Under the pieces are notes generated by a model. That model saw only the letters and a list, made by a program, of their open reading frames with translations, was not told the DNA's origin and ran no database searches. Below are positions 48,301 through 58,974 of a stretch of DNA of 64,000 nt, piece after piece. This DNA comes from Salisapilia sapeloensis CBS 127946 (Eukaryota; Protista; Oomycota). The stretch covers positions 19,068-83,067 of the forward strand of contig JAADVB010000060.1 of NCBI GenBank assembly GCA_023334545.1, read 5' to 3'. The translations under genes were made by a program, and so were the position numbers. Within the stretch, counting starts at the first letter, position 1. Each line of letters starts with the position of its first letter.

Positions 48301-50257
48301 TCGAACAGATAATGACGACATGGCGTCGAGTAAGGCGCAAAAGAGTTGGAGCTTTCATGTTAATGTTGATAGTGCTGCAGCGACAAAGAGAGAACAAGCA
48401 GAGAAAATCTGGAATTCGTTGAAAGAAGAGAAGTTGAAGAAGCTAACATCAATGAGGCAATTAGCACTATTGACAAGGAAGCAAGAGCGCAGTCAGTCCA
48501 TTAGATGTCTCTTGCAATCCCAAAGTTTGCCCGTTTTTCGTCCAATTAGTGAAGCATCGGCGCCGAAAGTGGACAGTGATGAGAAATCTACCAGTCAAGC
48601 GCAGCATCAAGTTTCAACACCAGCCTTGGAAAATAGAAGCATACTAGCAAGAGTCGATAGCGGTTCCGCGCGTGTATTTGGACAGTTGAAAGGAGAGCAA
48701 ACATGGAAGCAGAATAGAGATCCAAGTGCTCGGCAGGCAGCTTCGGAGCTACTGTATGAAAATTTTCATGCACGAATGAAGTCTCTACTGGGTGTTGACA
48801 TGATGAATGAGAAACGTGAGCACAACCAAGCAAACAATAAGCATCCAGAGTCCATTTCTCCTCATGCTATGTCGAATGGAGTCAGTTCAGATGCAGATAT
48901 CATTGCTAGTCTCCGAGATGACGGATTGGATAATGGACACAACGCGTCGGCGCATTTCCCAGACATGCGTGAAATTGAAAATCAACTTGTCAGCTTTGAG
49001 GATAAGGATAATTGGAATATGGGCAGTTTAAATCGAGAAAAGCTTATGTACAAAAACTTTCACCAGGAAAACTTGAAGAAGTCACAAAAGAGTTCGTTGA
49101 TGAATGCGAGGAAGACCAAGAGCTGTCAGGACCTACTTAGACCTTCTGTTTTGCCAGTGATTGATCTCGAACCATCCGAGTTTCTACTGTCCAAATTAGG
49201 AAAGTCATGCATCATTAAGGAGTCCAGTACTACATGTTTGCAGAAGCCGATGCCCTGCAGAAGGCGACGGAAAGTGAAAAGAGCTGTGAGCTCAAAGCAA
49301 CTTCCTCCTTTGCATTCTTCTACTACAGTGAACAACAATGATGATATAGAAGAAGTGCTTTCACGTGACCCAACTTCTCTCACTCGAAAATACGCTCAGT
49401 ATCAAAAGCTGTTGGGTGACGATAGAAGCAAAGACCGACGTCACGGTGTATATAATCCATCGGAATTGAGTCAACTAAAAGTCAAGTCGAGAGATAGAGA
49501 GAAGGCAGCTGAGGATCGAAACAAAGGTTCACAGGATAGTTCGAAACTGGCCAGTGCTGCCGGCGAGAGGGAAAAAGTGGTCGAAGGTGACGTTCACAAG
49601 AAGACGCGCGCAATGAAGCTCAACGCCAAGGAAACGCTTCGCGAAAAGAAGTTGCGTATACATCAAGATACGTCACTGTTCAAGCGAGAGCGATTTGGTC
49701 GCTACAAGCGCCAAGACATCGTAAACGTCTACCAAACATTTCGAGGGATTGACAAAGATGACAGTGGTAGTGTTACTTTATCAGAGATACGGGACTGTCC
49801 AGACCTTTTCAAAGGCTCTTATATGCAAGACAATGCTGAAAGTATGTTTGGCAGTGTGGATGAAGACGGCAGTGGACAAATCGATCTTGCTGAGCTGTGT
49901 TCAGTCATCTTTTCCGAGAGCAGCCCAACTGATATGCGCGATATCCTGTCCTTCTGTCATTTGTTAAAGAAAATTGATCGTGTGGAAAGCACAAAGAGTC
50001 GAAAACAGGATGTAAACTTGGAACAATTGAAGGAGCTCAAGGAACTATTCAGTTTGTATGATACCGACGGAAATGGAGACATTGATGCAGAGGAGCTATA
50101 CAACGCATTGGCGTACAACAGCAAGTTTTATGACAAGCAAAAATCTGCTGCTGTTACAAAAGAGGATATCGCTCGTATCATATCTCGTTTCGATGAAAAT
50201 GAAAACGCAACACTCGATTTCGACGAATTTATTCAGCTATTTGTTGATGAAGAATAA
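45398..50257 (+). CDS. EF-hand + WD40 repeat protein with C-terminal calmodulin-like four-EF-hand module (WDR49/EFCAB8-like architecture)
   Basis: N-terminal EF-hand VDVNGDGNMTWEEF and many GH...WD repeats. C-terminal loops DKDDSGSVTLSE, DEDGSGQIDLAE, DTDGNGDIDAEE and DENENATLDFDE. Confidence 0.88.
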   Translation: MAAALQQYQACLNIMMRLRVEDLALLKNDFEKKASDGLSLIDFISVMLDRVSGWDSTSAPIFIQDLVELFLQVDVNGDGNMTWEEFTNAIIEGSMGASENTPDWADLQYEEDSIFRDYAVNRPPKEIIYLSAFRRVILFDDSRPVVEILDPMPLIPSDRRLNKSKKAAQKNAHLDEEEDTVLEATFLPTLPVICKFHPLHYQAGYRHDQDEVRSERSPVQAVKYLSGVELLAVSAGDLKLTFWPASIIISGSTSAVNLTSPLVILHTHRSQRVLEWNESTNTLFAISSERDIIVYTVYYHPATDLKAANCEVKLTRTLSKHIDLVQDLLVLNPGIMVSCGMDSRIYLWDTSTLEVCGERQGHRRGVRLITKLSDCAFLSAGFECEILGWDISSVATSPIFKLWGHNAPVRAIELIPTSTYLSTLPSTRTVVPGSEGPASTTSAVPMLADQAISVDDDGWLKWWDLNGVFSMESNGLEETNRRCLQTFRLGNSKTPWKAHSLAVMHDGQCILAAGHHKVKLLRRVRLRPLTLPSAVIKYNATSITFLTTTHREICVWDAASANLLRTFHGVVTSDITCVDLDNRQRKIIIGTQDGSLVTLNYLNGAVLKHWVPHKSHVSALHYCKEDQCVLTVAWDRSLRLYDDNTTSHSNALLRCVVNAHETDIKCLSYCYSMALVVTGSADGWIKIWDYLYFLLEDTCFMPMSKTSTPADAGVTCLEFIEPYPLFLSGHENGTICCWKIVPGKQVELLLSWDPCDVPNAPLLSEDPSVPVEQNKEEAANLIDDDRSLYEKLVQSNQPRPTQHVENWKDGGICGCRVHYDESKGEVVTEEIRKGAFFLVLSNTRGQLSVTDISQLITNSYVHALHDGNQTNVHQLGSYNPRRRFLRQGRSMQRLRSRLAHRTNLNPLPQTSLSPEDLTCVAIWQAHQGSIRYIEVVEEPTTILSCGNDTACRVWGFDGKPLGDLKDESRTDNDDMASSKAQKSWSFHVNVDSAAATKREQAEKIWNSLKEEKLKKLTSMRQLALLTRKQERSQSIRCLLQSQSLPVFRPISEASAPKVDSDEKSTSQAQHQVSTPALENRSILARVDSGSARVFGQLKGEQTWKQNRDPSARQAASELLYENFHARMKSLLGVDMMNEKREHNQANNKHPESISPHAMSNGVSSDADIIASLRDDGLDNGHNASAHFPDMREIENQLVSFEDKDNWNMGSLNREKLMYKNFHQENLKKSQKSSLMNARKTKSCQDLLRPSVLPVIDLEPSEFLLSKLGKSCIIKESSTTCLQKPMPCRRRRKVKRAVSSKQLPPLHSSTTVNNNDDIEEVLSRDPTSLTRKYAQYQKLLGDDRSKDRRHGVYNPSELSQLKVKSRDREKAAEDRNKGSQDSSKLASAAGEREKVVEGDVHKKTRAMKLNAKETLREKKLRIHQDTSLFKRERFGRYKRQDIVNVYQTFRGIDKDDSGSVTLSEIRDCPDLFKGSYMQDNAESMFGSVDEDGSGQIDLAELCSVIFSESSPTDMRDILSFCHLLKKIDRVESTKSRKQDVNLEQLKELKELFSLYDTDGNGDIDAEELYNALAYNSKFYDKQKSAAVTKEDIARIISRFDENENATLDFDEFIQLFVDEE

Positions 50258-50982
50258 TGTGGAAGGGTAGTATATGGCTTGATGTACTCGTCTTTTAAAG
50301 TTCTGAGAAGATAGATGTCTTGGTTGATATTTACAATTATTGTTGCGTTCAGGACTTTAGCTTGATACCATTCAATTTATTATCTTTGACTAGCTACCTA
50401 CGGGCTGCATCTAGGCCGTGTTCTCGCTAAACACCAATTCGGCATAATTGGGGATTCACATCTTCTAATTTTATTCATGATAGTCGAATCAGCAAACACT
50501 GCGCTCGCTGAGAATAGCCGATCTTCTTTGCTACTTGCCATTGGAAACCCAGCGAAACACTTCAACATAACTTTTCCACCAAACAGGGAGTACAAAAGAA
50601 ATTGATTAGTCGCGCCGATGAAGGTACCGCTATATATATTATTAATACATGTCGCCTCGCGTGCTCTATCCTCTGTTAAAATTGACGTTCCATTCCGATG
50701 CTCTGTAGCATGAGTTATGTGAAATTGCAACCCATAGATGCCGTTTTTGGAGCGAAACAGATCTATAGCGATGTACTCACTCGGTATTTTCTACTGTTTC
50801 CCTCGATTTCAATAAGGTCGTTTATCGAGGCATGATATCGATTAAGTTCGTCTCGTGTTTGCTTAATTAATTTATATTATTGCTTGCATAATTCCCGATT
50901 ATCTGCTCAACGAATACGGCCTTAAGATATCTACGGCTCAATCTTTTGAAACTGACAATGGACTCTCTGTAATAGTGATCTC

Positions 50983-53304
50983 ATGAAGAAGAAGAGGCCA
51001 ATATGTATGCCCAAAAATTGGCTCGAGGTACATCTACCTCGCATCATTAAATCTTCACGACCGAATTCACACTACATCGATCGAGAGGATGTTCGTGAAA
51101 CGTTAAATCAGCTAGCGAACGGATTGCGTCGCATGGTAGTTGCTCGTCCGATTGATCCGTTATCATGGCTTCTCGACTACCTCCGGCAAGAAGTGCGGAT
51201 GTTGCATATAATAGTGATATTGGAAGTAATCTTACCCTTATTAACATGATAGTTCAAGCTTCGCAATGTAGAAATGGATGTAAACACACTTCTTGTCGTT
51301 CAAATGCACAAAAAGCGACGGTCGATCGAAACATCTCTACACGATACTAGCGTACGTCATTGCCTCGACTAGTCTTTTGAGAATATAATCATTTAGATTG
51401 TTGTCGAGTAGTTAGATGAAAGGGAATGTAAAAAGCTTATATGCCAAGTAAAGGAACTCCAAGACTGTATGGAGTTACCGGAAGATGAACTCTACTTGAC
51501 TGAAAAAGACTTGAGCTTTGCTACTGAAGTCAAAGTTATGAGGCAACAAGACTGGAGCATTAACCCTGTCGGGATGGAAGACGAAGTGTCCGTGTCATAC
51601 GAGCATGAGGACAAGCATGTAAAGCAATGGATAGAAAACATACTCCAATCACAACAAAGCGTGGAAGCGTATATCCACCACACCATCCAGGTCGTGACGA
51701 AGGCTCTAGTCAAATTTCAGCTCTTAGCATCTACTGAACCAGCTCAAGCACTTGTCGCATGTATACAAGAAGTGCAGACTCCTATTTCCTCAACGTCAGT
51801 GGTCCAACCGCTTAATCAAAAGACTCATTCTCTACTACGCCAAAAGTTGGAGGCATGCTATGAAAAGCAGAGTGCGATGCATGAGTATCTAGATTATATG
51901 CGAGCAGTATTGCTGGACCTAGAAAATGCGTTCCAGCTTCGTGAACAGAGCATCAAGAAACTTCAAGAGATTCACGTAACGATACGAACGCAAGCCATCA
52001 TGGATGGAACTCCAATTATTCTTAACAACCAAAAGCATTGGATTTTACCAGGCTACCTACTTGAGCCAGCAACGCTATCACTCGATGAGCAGCTTGCATT
52101 TCGTCGGGCGGAGAGGTATCTTATGGAACAAGACGAAAAGAGATGGCGGTATTTGCTCTATGTACAAGAGCGTCATGATGCTAGTGTATTCATTCAGCGC
52201 GTGTGGAGAGGACGTCAGATACTGCGGGTGTATAAAGTAACCCAGGCTGAAAGATATCGCGCAGCGGTTATTATTCAAAGGAGCTATCTACATTATCTCT
52301 TTTGGAGGGCAATAAAGTTACCAGATTGGTGTGTCATCGGTCAAGAAGTTGTGATAGCACCCAGCATAGCTATGCATTGTGCGATCCACTTTGAGTTTTA
52401 TAAGGGCAAGGATTTTCCAACTGGAAATTACGCTCGGATGAGTGACAAGAGTGTAGCAGAGCTCATGGAAGTTTGTCGAGACGATGATGAATGCGCTGGT
52501 TTTGCAACGGACGGCTCATTAAAGCGATTCTTGCCACGCAAGCTGTCGCAATTGCATCCGATGGAAAACGCTTCAGATACGGATGGGCTCTACATGAAGA
52601 TTTATCCGAAGCGGACTGCGAAGTTGATTAACACAGCCATTATCACACATATTCCGGAAGATAGATTTGGGATGGTGGAAGTTACACTTGATGGAGTAGG
52701 CATGCGTCGTGATGTCCCCGTTGAAAAGCTCAGTAATAGATGGAAGCGCATTCGAGTTCCAATTAAACAACGACGGCAAACTCGACTCGCTTTTGTTTGT
52801 GGTAAAGTGAAGGAAGTCGAAGATCACAGTGGAAACCAGTTACAAGTAGCTGATAAACACAGCCAGGACCTTCACAATCAAGACGATGAAGACGAAGAAG
52901 ATAGTTTGATCCTCTTAAAAATTCGAGAAAAAAGAAGATTTAATTCTCCAGATGCAGGATATTGGGAGTACATGTATCGAGATGAAGCAAACTATGACAT
53001 CGTCCTTCGACTTCCAAAAGCTGCTTACTCCGATGATGATGAGCGTAGGAATGAAATCGAAAATCGGATACAGGAATACATGGATAATAAAGCACAGGAA
53101 TGGGAAGCGAAAAAAGTTACTTCTGCCATTCGACTCCAGTGTGCATGGCGTTCACGACGTGCTCGACGCGACTTACAGCGGATGATCCAAATTCGTGCGA
53201 AAGAGAAGGAGCATGAAAGATTGGTAAACCAAGTAGGCATTAACCATCGACAACAGAAGAACAAGTCGCCGAAGAAAGAAAAGTTTAGAAAATGGTTTAG
53301 ATAA
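50983..53304 (+). CDS. Dpy-30/RIIa-type dimerisation motif + IQ calmodulin-binding motifs, 3 exons
   Basis: Exon 1 has LANGLRRMVVARPIDPLSWLLDYL (Dpy-30-like). Plausible frame-preserving introns near 51192-51250 and 51352-51411 join ORF 51469..53304. IQ motifs FIQRVWRGRQ, IIQRSYLHY and RLQCAWRSRRAR. Confidence 0.75.
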
Positions 53305-53358
53305 CTCTCTTTGGTACTGACGAACCAGCCCGATCAATGTAAAGAAGCATAACCATCC

Positions 53359-54579
53359 TTAAGCAAAGGCGTCGTCTGGCAATTTTATCCCTTCCTTTTT
53401 TAATGTGTCGATAATAAGATTGGATGGAGTGCCTGAATTGCGGCATTCACCATTTGCATGGAGCACCAGAACGCTATTGTCTTTCATGCTCAGTACAGGT
53501 GAACCAGATGAGCCTGTTTCCGTATCTGCGTAGTACGCCGCCCAAAATTCTCCATACATGTTGACAAAGTTCGTCTTGACAATCACTGCTTGGGTGACGC
53601 CATGAGGACCCGTCGTGGGGTCTTTATCTAAATTATCCAAATCCTGCAAGTGTGTGATCTGTTTATCTTTCCCTTTTAAATGACCAACGAGGTAAATACT
53701 TTCATTAACTCGCGGTGGTTCACGTCGTAGACTTAAGTGACCGTACTTGCCCTCTAGAATGCAAGACTTGCGCTTGAGTTGGATTAAGGAGAAGTCCAGC
53801 TTTTTATTCGTGTACAAAAGTTCCGTACCAACACTTTCTATAATGGCATTATCATCTTCGCATCCGACACACGATGCATTACATTCGTTGTTCTGTGCCA
53901 TAAACTCTACTGTTGTGCCTTTCGCCGTCTCGTCATCCGGGATACAATGATTATTCGTAAGCATTTGGCCCTTGCTACCAACGAGGAAACCTGTACAGGA
54001 CCCTTCCACCACTCCAGTACCATTCGAAACGTTGATGCGTAGACGAGCAACAGTCATACTAGCCTGATACAGGTCTCCTAGCTCTGCATCGTCCTTGAAG
54101 CAGACAGCATCGACGTTCTGGTTACGGGAACCACAAATTTCGTCGTTCACATTCGTATTCAAGTAAGAATACTCAAGCGCGTCAATGTTAAGGCCAAAGT
54201 CGTTCAGGGTACTACCAACACACCCATTAGGGATGAAAGTGACTGTCACCGTTGGTCCTTCAATTCGTTCGCTAGAGAACCCAAACTTCGTTTCACCACT
54301 TGGAATGGTCACCTTGACAGTTTCTTTGTCACTTCCAATGACTACCACATCTCCCTCTGCGATGTTAAACTTGGTAAAATGGACTCCAACGTACGGAGCA
54401 TTCTCTCGTGTATACGTCCATTCCCACTCTTTGCATTCATCCAGAGTGCCGTTGGAAACAGCAATTGGCTCCGCGATCAAATCCGTTGAATCCAAACTAT
54501 TCTTATCTCCACTATCCGTTGCTACATAAGACACATACGCAGCAAGTATGAGCAGCGCTAGCCTTCCAATACCCTGCAT
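53359..54579 (-). CDS. Secreted trypsin-like (V8/Trypsin_2 type) serine protease with N-terminal CUB-like domain
   Basis: Signal peptide; CUB-like APYVGVHFTKFNIAEGDVVVI; catalytic triad in LTNNHC (His), LDFSLIQL (Asp) and DTETGSSGSPV (Ser). Intronless. Confidence 0.88.
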   Translation of the reverse strand: MQGIGRLALLILAAYVSYVATDSGDKNSLDSTDLIAEPIAVSNGTLDECKEWEWTYTRENAPYVGVHFTKFNIAEGDVVVIGSDKETVKVTIPSGETKFGFSSERIEGPTVTVTFIPNGCVGSTLNDFGLNIDALEYSYLNTNVNDEICGSRNQNVDAVCFKDDAELGDLYQASMTVARLRINVSNGTGVVEGSCTGFLVGSKGQMLTNNHCIPDDETAKGTTVEFMAQNNECNASCVGCEDDNAIIESVGTELLYTNKKLDFSLIQLKRKSCILEGKYGHLSLRREPPRVNESIYLVGHLKGKDKQITHLQDLDNLDKDPTTGPHGVTQAVIVKTNFVNMYGEFWAAYYADTETGSSGSPVLSMKDNSVLVLHANGECRNSGTPSNLIIDTLKKEGIKLPDDAFA

Positions 54580-54820
54580 TGTTGTCTCTAACCTGATATC
54601 AAGGTCTTATTAGAAAGTAGCTCCGTTTGTCGATATCTATTCACGATCTTAATCACCCGGGGATGATGTGAGTCACTGTCACGAGCCATCTGGCACGTGA
54701 TCAGCGGCTCAGGATCTGAGGATCAGTCCAGTCACGCAGTGATCTGGAAACTTATTTTAGCTACAGTCTACTTTTCAATTTCAAGTGTATTCAAAAGATA
54801 CCTATCTACTTGAACCAGAG

Positions 54821-56619
54821 TCATACTTTGGGTTTCTTCGTCCCTCGTTTTCCCTGCTTTTTCTTCTTCTCTCCGTCCATCGGTGCTGGAGTCGGAGGCA
54901 TCACTGGGGCATTCGTTCGGACGTAGAATAGCAGATACGCCGTTTCCTGTAAGGCCTCTGCTTCCGAGACCGACAAAACATGCTCGTCGTTGAAACGGAA
55001 CCACTGGTCCTTATTATCTCGACACACGCACGTGTAGTGACCACCGACGACAAGTCGTCCGTGATGCGAGATGACTGCAAAGAGATCGTAGACTGGCGGA
55101 TCGACAAATCCGCTTTCCTCACTGGTACCAGCTGATGGTGCATGCTCCGCTCGACACGTTGGTGACATGAGCTGAGATGGGAATTCAAAGCGACGAGGAT
55201 ACTCGACAAACTGCTGTAGCTTGACAGGACCGTGCTCTGGGTGGTACGTGAACCTCTTGACATTAAGAGTCAATACAACAGGTAAAGACTCGACAGTCGA
55301 GAATCGTTTCATGTCCGCGTCTTCAATGTTTTCAACAGCAAAAGCCTGTTGGATCAAAGCGTCGACATTCGGTGTCGACGCCGGCGTCGTCTGTCCCACA
55401 GCGGAACCTACAACTGCACTAAAGCTAGGTAGTTCATGCTCGAGGTTGAGATGGAGACAATGGAATGGTTCAATCGTCGTCGATGTCTGTTTCCGAGCTC
55501 CGTGCTTAAGCTCGGATCGTAGTGAGCCCTTGAAGAGCCAATTGATAGGCGAACGAGTTGCATCTACTGGGTTTTGGTGCAAGACACTGCTCTTGCCTCC
55601 TTTACCGACCTCTGCCCATCCATCGTCTTCTGTCGGGGCAGGTAGAGATGTGGTAATGGCTTTCTTTGTCTGCTTTTCACATGACTCTGGCAGCATCATG
55701 CCACTCTGTTCATACTCCGAATGCAGATAATCTAGGAAGAACTCGAGGAACTCGAGCGCATCTTCCTGCTCTCCACGCATCTTTTGGAAGGCACTGAGAA
55801 CATGCATAAAGTAACCACTAATACGAATGGCCTTGGGGTTCTTGCCCATCATGTCGTTCTTACTACCACTCGCACCTCTCTTTTGCAACTGAGCTAATGT
55901 CGGCTCTTCAAATTCGCGTGTAAAGGCGACCATGTGCCGCCACACTTGAAAGCTTTTCGTATCGGCTAACAAGTCAGATGTTGGCCCGACAGACGCTGAG
56001 ATGTCTGCTAAAATGCTATCAGAGCATAAGTATCTCACTTCGTTTGCATTGGAATGGAAACGTACTTGAGGAGCGGAGGACAGGCTAGAATGGACTGCAG
56101 AATGACGTTCTGGAAGCACGTATTGCCCTGGTTGACCATGCCCCTATGAATTGTGGATCAGACCGAGTTGGTAGGTGGATATGAATGGATCAAACCTCTT
56201 TTTCATCTCTTTCGCCGGTGCCGTGACGTCTAGATTCTCGAGTGCTACTTGAATCGCTTCTTCGAATTGCAATGGTTCACTGTTTTCTTCAACTGCGTGG
56301 CCGTTGGTTTGATGAGATGATACGTGCATTGTATTCCACGCGAATTTGTTTGTGCTATTATCAGCACCGAGTGCCGCTGCCCAGGACTTGTGTGCTGGTT
56401 TATCCAATGATTGTGCTTGTTGTTCCAAAGCTTTCGAATCCCGTGCCACTGTACATGATCCATTAAGTCAACTAGTCTTATGTGTTAAAAGGTAGTGGAC
56501 AAACCTTCTTGCAAGACCTTGGTAGTCTCCTCGAACGTAAAGTCTCCGAATATAAAGTGGACATCCGAGATGGGACTCGCAGACGAGGGAAGACGGAGAC
56601 CACTTGTCACTTTCGCCAT
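54821..56619 (-). CDS. USP10: Ubiquitin-specific protease USP10/Ubp3-like, 4 exons
   Basis: The Cys box [24 protein letters not shown] appears only after splicing (introns 56449..56504, 56144..56195, 56016..56065). Also QEDALEFL and His box [11 protein letters not shown]...WFRFND. Exon 1 carries FIFGDF, like human USP10 YIFGDF. Confidence 0.85.
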
Positions 56620-56958
56620 ACTGCTCTTGCTCTTCGTCAGTGTAGATACAAAGCTTTTATGAATGATGTACTCGAGGAGAATGACGTCAAATGCGCTTGT
56701 TCCGTGTGGTGGGATCAGATTCGATATGGCGCTCACCAAGCAAAATTGCATGTAATAAACCGGTGCAAGTGTCATTTCATATTATTACGCTCTATTATTC
56801 TGGGTACGGTCATGAAGTAGCTTTTAGCGGAAGTAGTCTCTCTGATGGGAACTAGTTGCTACAAGCTTACTTGTATGTCTTCCGAGCGCATTCGTCGCTA
56901 CGTAGTTACTATACAATTAATAGACATTAGACTTAAGATATAAACATGTGACCTCGGC

Positions 56959-57039
56959 GACAGCTTGGCCGAGTGGTTAAGGCGATGGACTTGAAATCCA
57001 TTGGGGCAACCCGCGTGAGTTCAAACCTCACAGCTGTCG
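56959..57039 (+). tRNA. trnS-UGA: tRNA-Ser (anticodon UGA)
   Basis: Acceptor stem GACAGCT/AGCTGTC, A-box TGGCCGAGTGGTTAAGG, anticodon loop CTTGAAA, long variable arm, T-loop GTTCAAAC, discriminator G, no encoded CCA. Confidence 0.95.
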
Positions 57040-57040
57040 A

Positions 57041-57046
57041 TTTTTT
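57041..57046 (+). terminator. RNA polymerase III terminator (T6) of the tRNA-Ser gene
   Basis: TTTTTT directly downstream of the tRNA 3' end. Confidence 0.8.
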
Positions 57047-57336
57047 ATCGTCGAGCAAGATACTTTTGCTACTCTCGTGGCCAATTGACATCTTTTTAAT
57101 GCTCTGATTGTGTTGCCTCTTTCCGTGGATCGTACAGTAGAATTCCAGCTACTAGTAGAAGTATCCACTATCTGTTTTGGTCTAATGTATTCTGTAGTTG
57201 AATGAACGCGACTTTCTACTTGACTATCTAACCTTCTTAGTCTGCTCCCGGTGGGAACTGTTGTATCAAGCCCAGCTTCACGCAACGTGGTTATATGCAT
57301 AAGTAATTTGCTTGCTATTGATAGAGCTTATCCAAT

Positions 57337-58081
<745 letters not shown>

Positions 58082-58088
58082 GGCGATC

Positions 58089-58104
58089 AATTTGTGAAAT
58101 GAGC
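58089..58104 (-). promoter_or_regulatory. Oomycete Inr/FPR core promoter of the Rac gene
   Basis: Minus strand GCTCATTTCACAAATT matches 15/16 positions of GCTCATTYYNCAWTTT and ends 7 nt before the ATG. Confidence 0.65.
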
Positions 58105-58309
58105 CAAAGGGACGGAGAGAAACTGATATGAGGCACGCAACACCCGTAGGCAATTGTATCTGGCAAGAAGAGTTCTATTTAAAGTCTGTGTACTTGTTGT
58201 AACGTAGGGTCTCTTCATAAAAGAAGATTAACCATTGCAAGAAACTTCCACTCGAAAGAAGAAAAACGATTACTTATGACAGGAACAAAGAATTCAGACG
58301 CATCCAATC

Positions 58310-58842
58310 TTACTCTCGTTTTACTACTACTTCCTCTAGCTTTGTTTCTATCGACAGCATTAGAACGTGGAATCTCCTTTCGACCAGACAAACGTACGTA
58401 AAGATCCAGTGTAGGCGTCCAGTTGATCCACCATATCTTCCAACTCGGTCAATTCTTCATCTACGGCGTCGATCGATCGCATTTTGGACTGCATCAATGA
58501 GGCTAAAAGTAGAAGGTTGGTCAGTTAGAACCAGTGGAAATGGCCAGTGCATGTTGTTCAAACGCAAACCTCTTTTTTTCATCACACTCGATAGCTTCCC
58601 CACTTCCTCCACTTCCTTTTGCATTCGACTGTACTTGTCATTAAGCTGCAGCACGACCGATTGCATTATCGCCATGGACTCTTCCGACCCTGATGAACAC
58701 ATCAAGTACTAATATCAGTCGTTTTGTGTAGAGTCCTATCGATGAGTAGTATACCATCTAGTTGCGCTCCAACATACGCAGTGAGGTTCTCGCACACGCG
58801 CTGCGTGAGCTGCTGCAGCACCTCCACTTCGCCTTCATCCAT
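58310..58842 (-). CDS. BLOC1S2: BLOC-1 subunit 2 (BLOS2)-like coiled-coil protein, about 4 exons
   Basis: Spliced product reads RVCENLTAYVGAQLD...LNDKYSRMQKEV...MQSKMRSIDAVDEELTELEDMVDQLDAYTGSLQTKLEEVVVKRE*, paralleling BLOS2 (...LQPYLDQI..IEEQV..LE...LDAY..KLE). Confidence 0.7.
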
Positions 58843-58974
58843 CGCTTCTGGGTACGAGGGTAGGAGCGAAGTAGTCACTGGCAATGAAGTAGCGATAAAC
58901 AACAAGTTCTGACAACAACCGACAAGCATTAAAAATGACGTAAAAATCGAGTAAAAAAGTAAATTATTGCTAAT

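Noticed and set aside
50398-50730. 110-aa minus-strand ORF between the WD40-EF and Dpy-30/IQ genes
   Set aside because: No motif, it includes an AT-rich non-coding-looking stretch, and there is no convincing splice model; insufficient support.
56016-56195. Apparent absence of the catalytic Cys box, suggesting a pseudo-deubiquitinase
   Set aside because: The Cys box (NQGNTCF) is on a small exon, 56066..56143, between two canonical introns.
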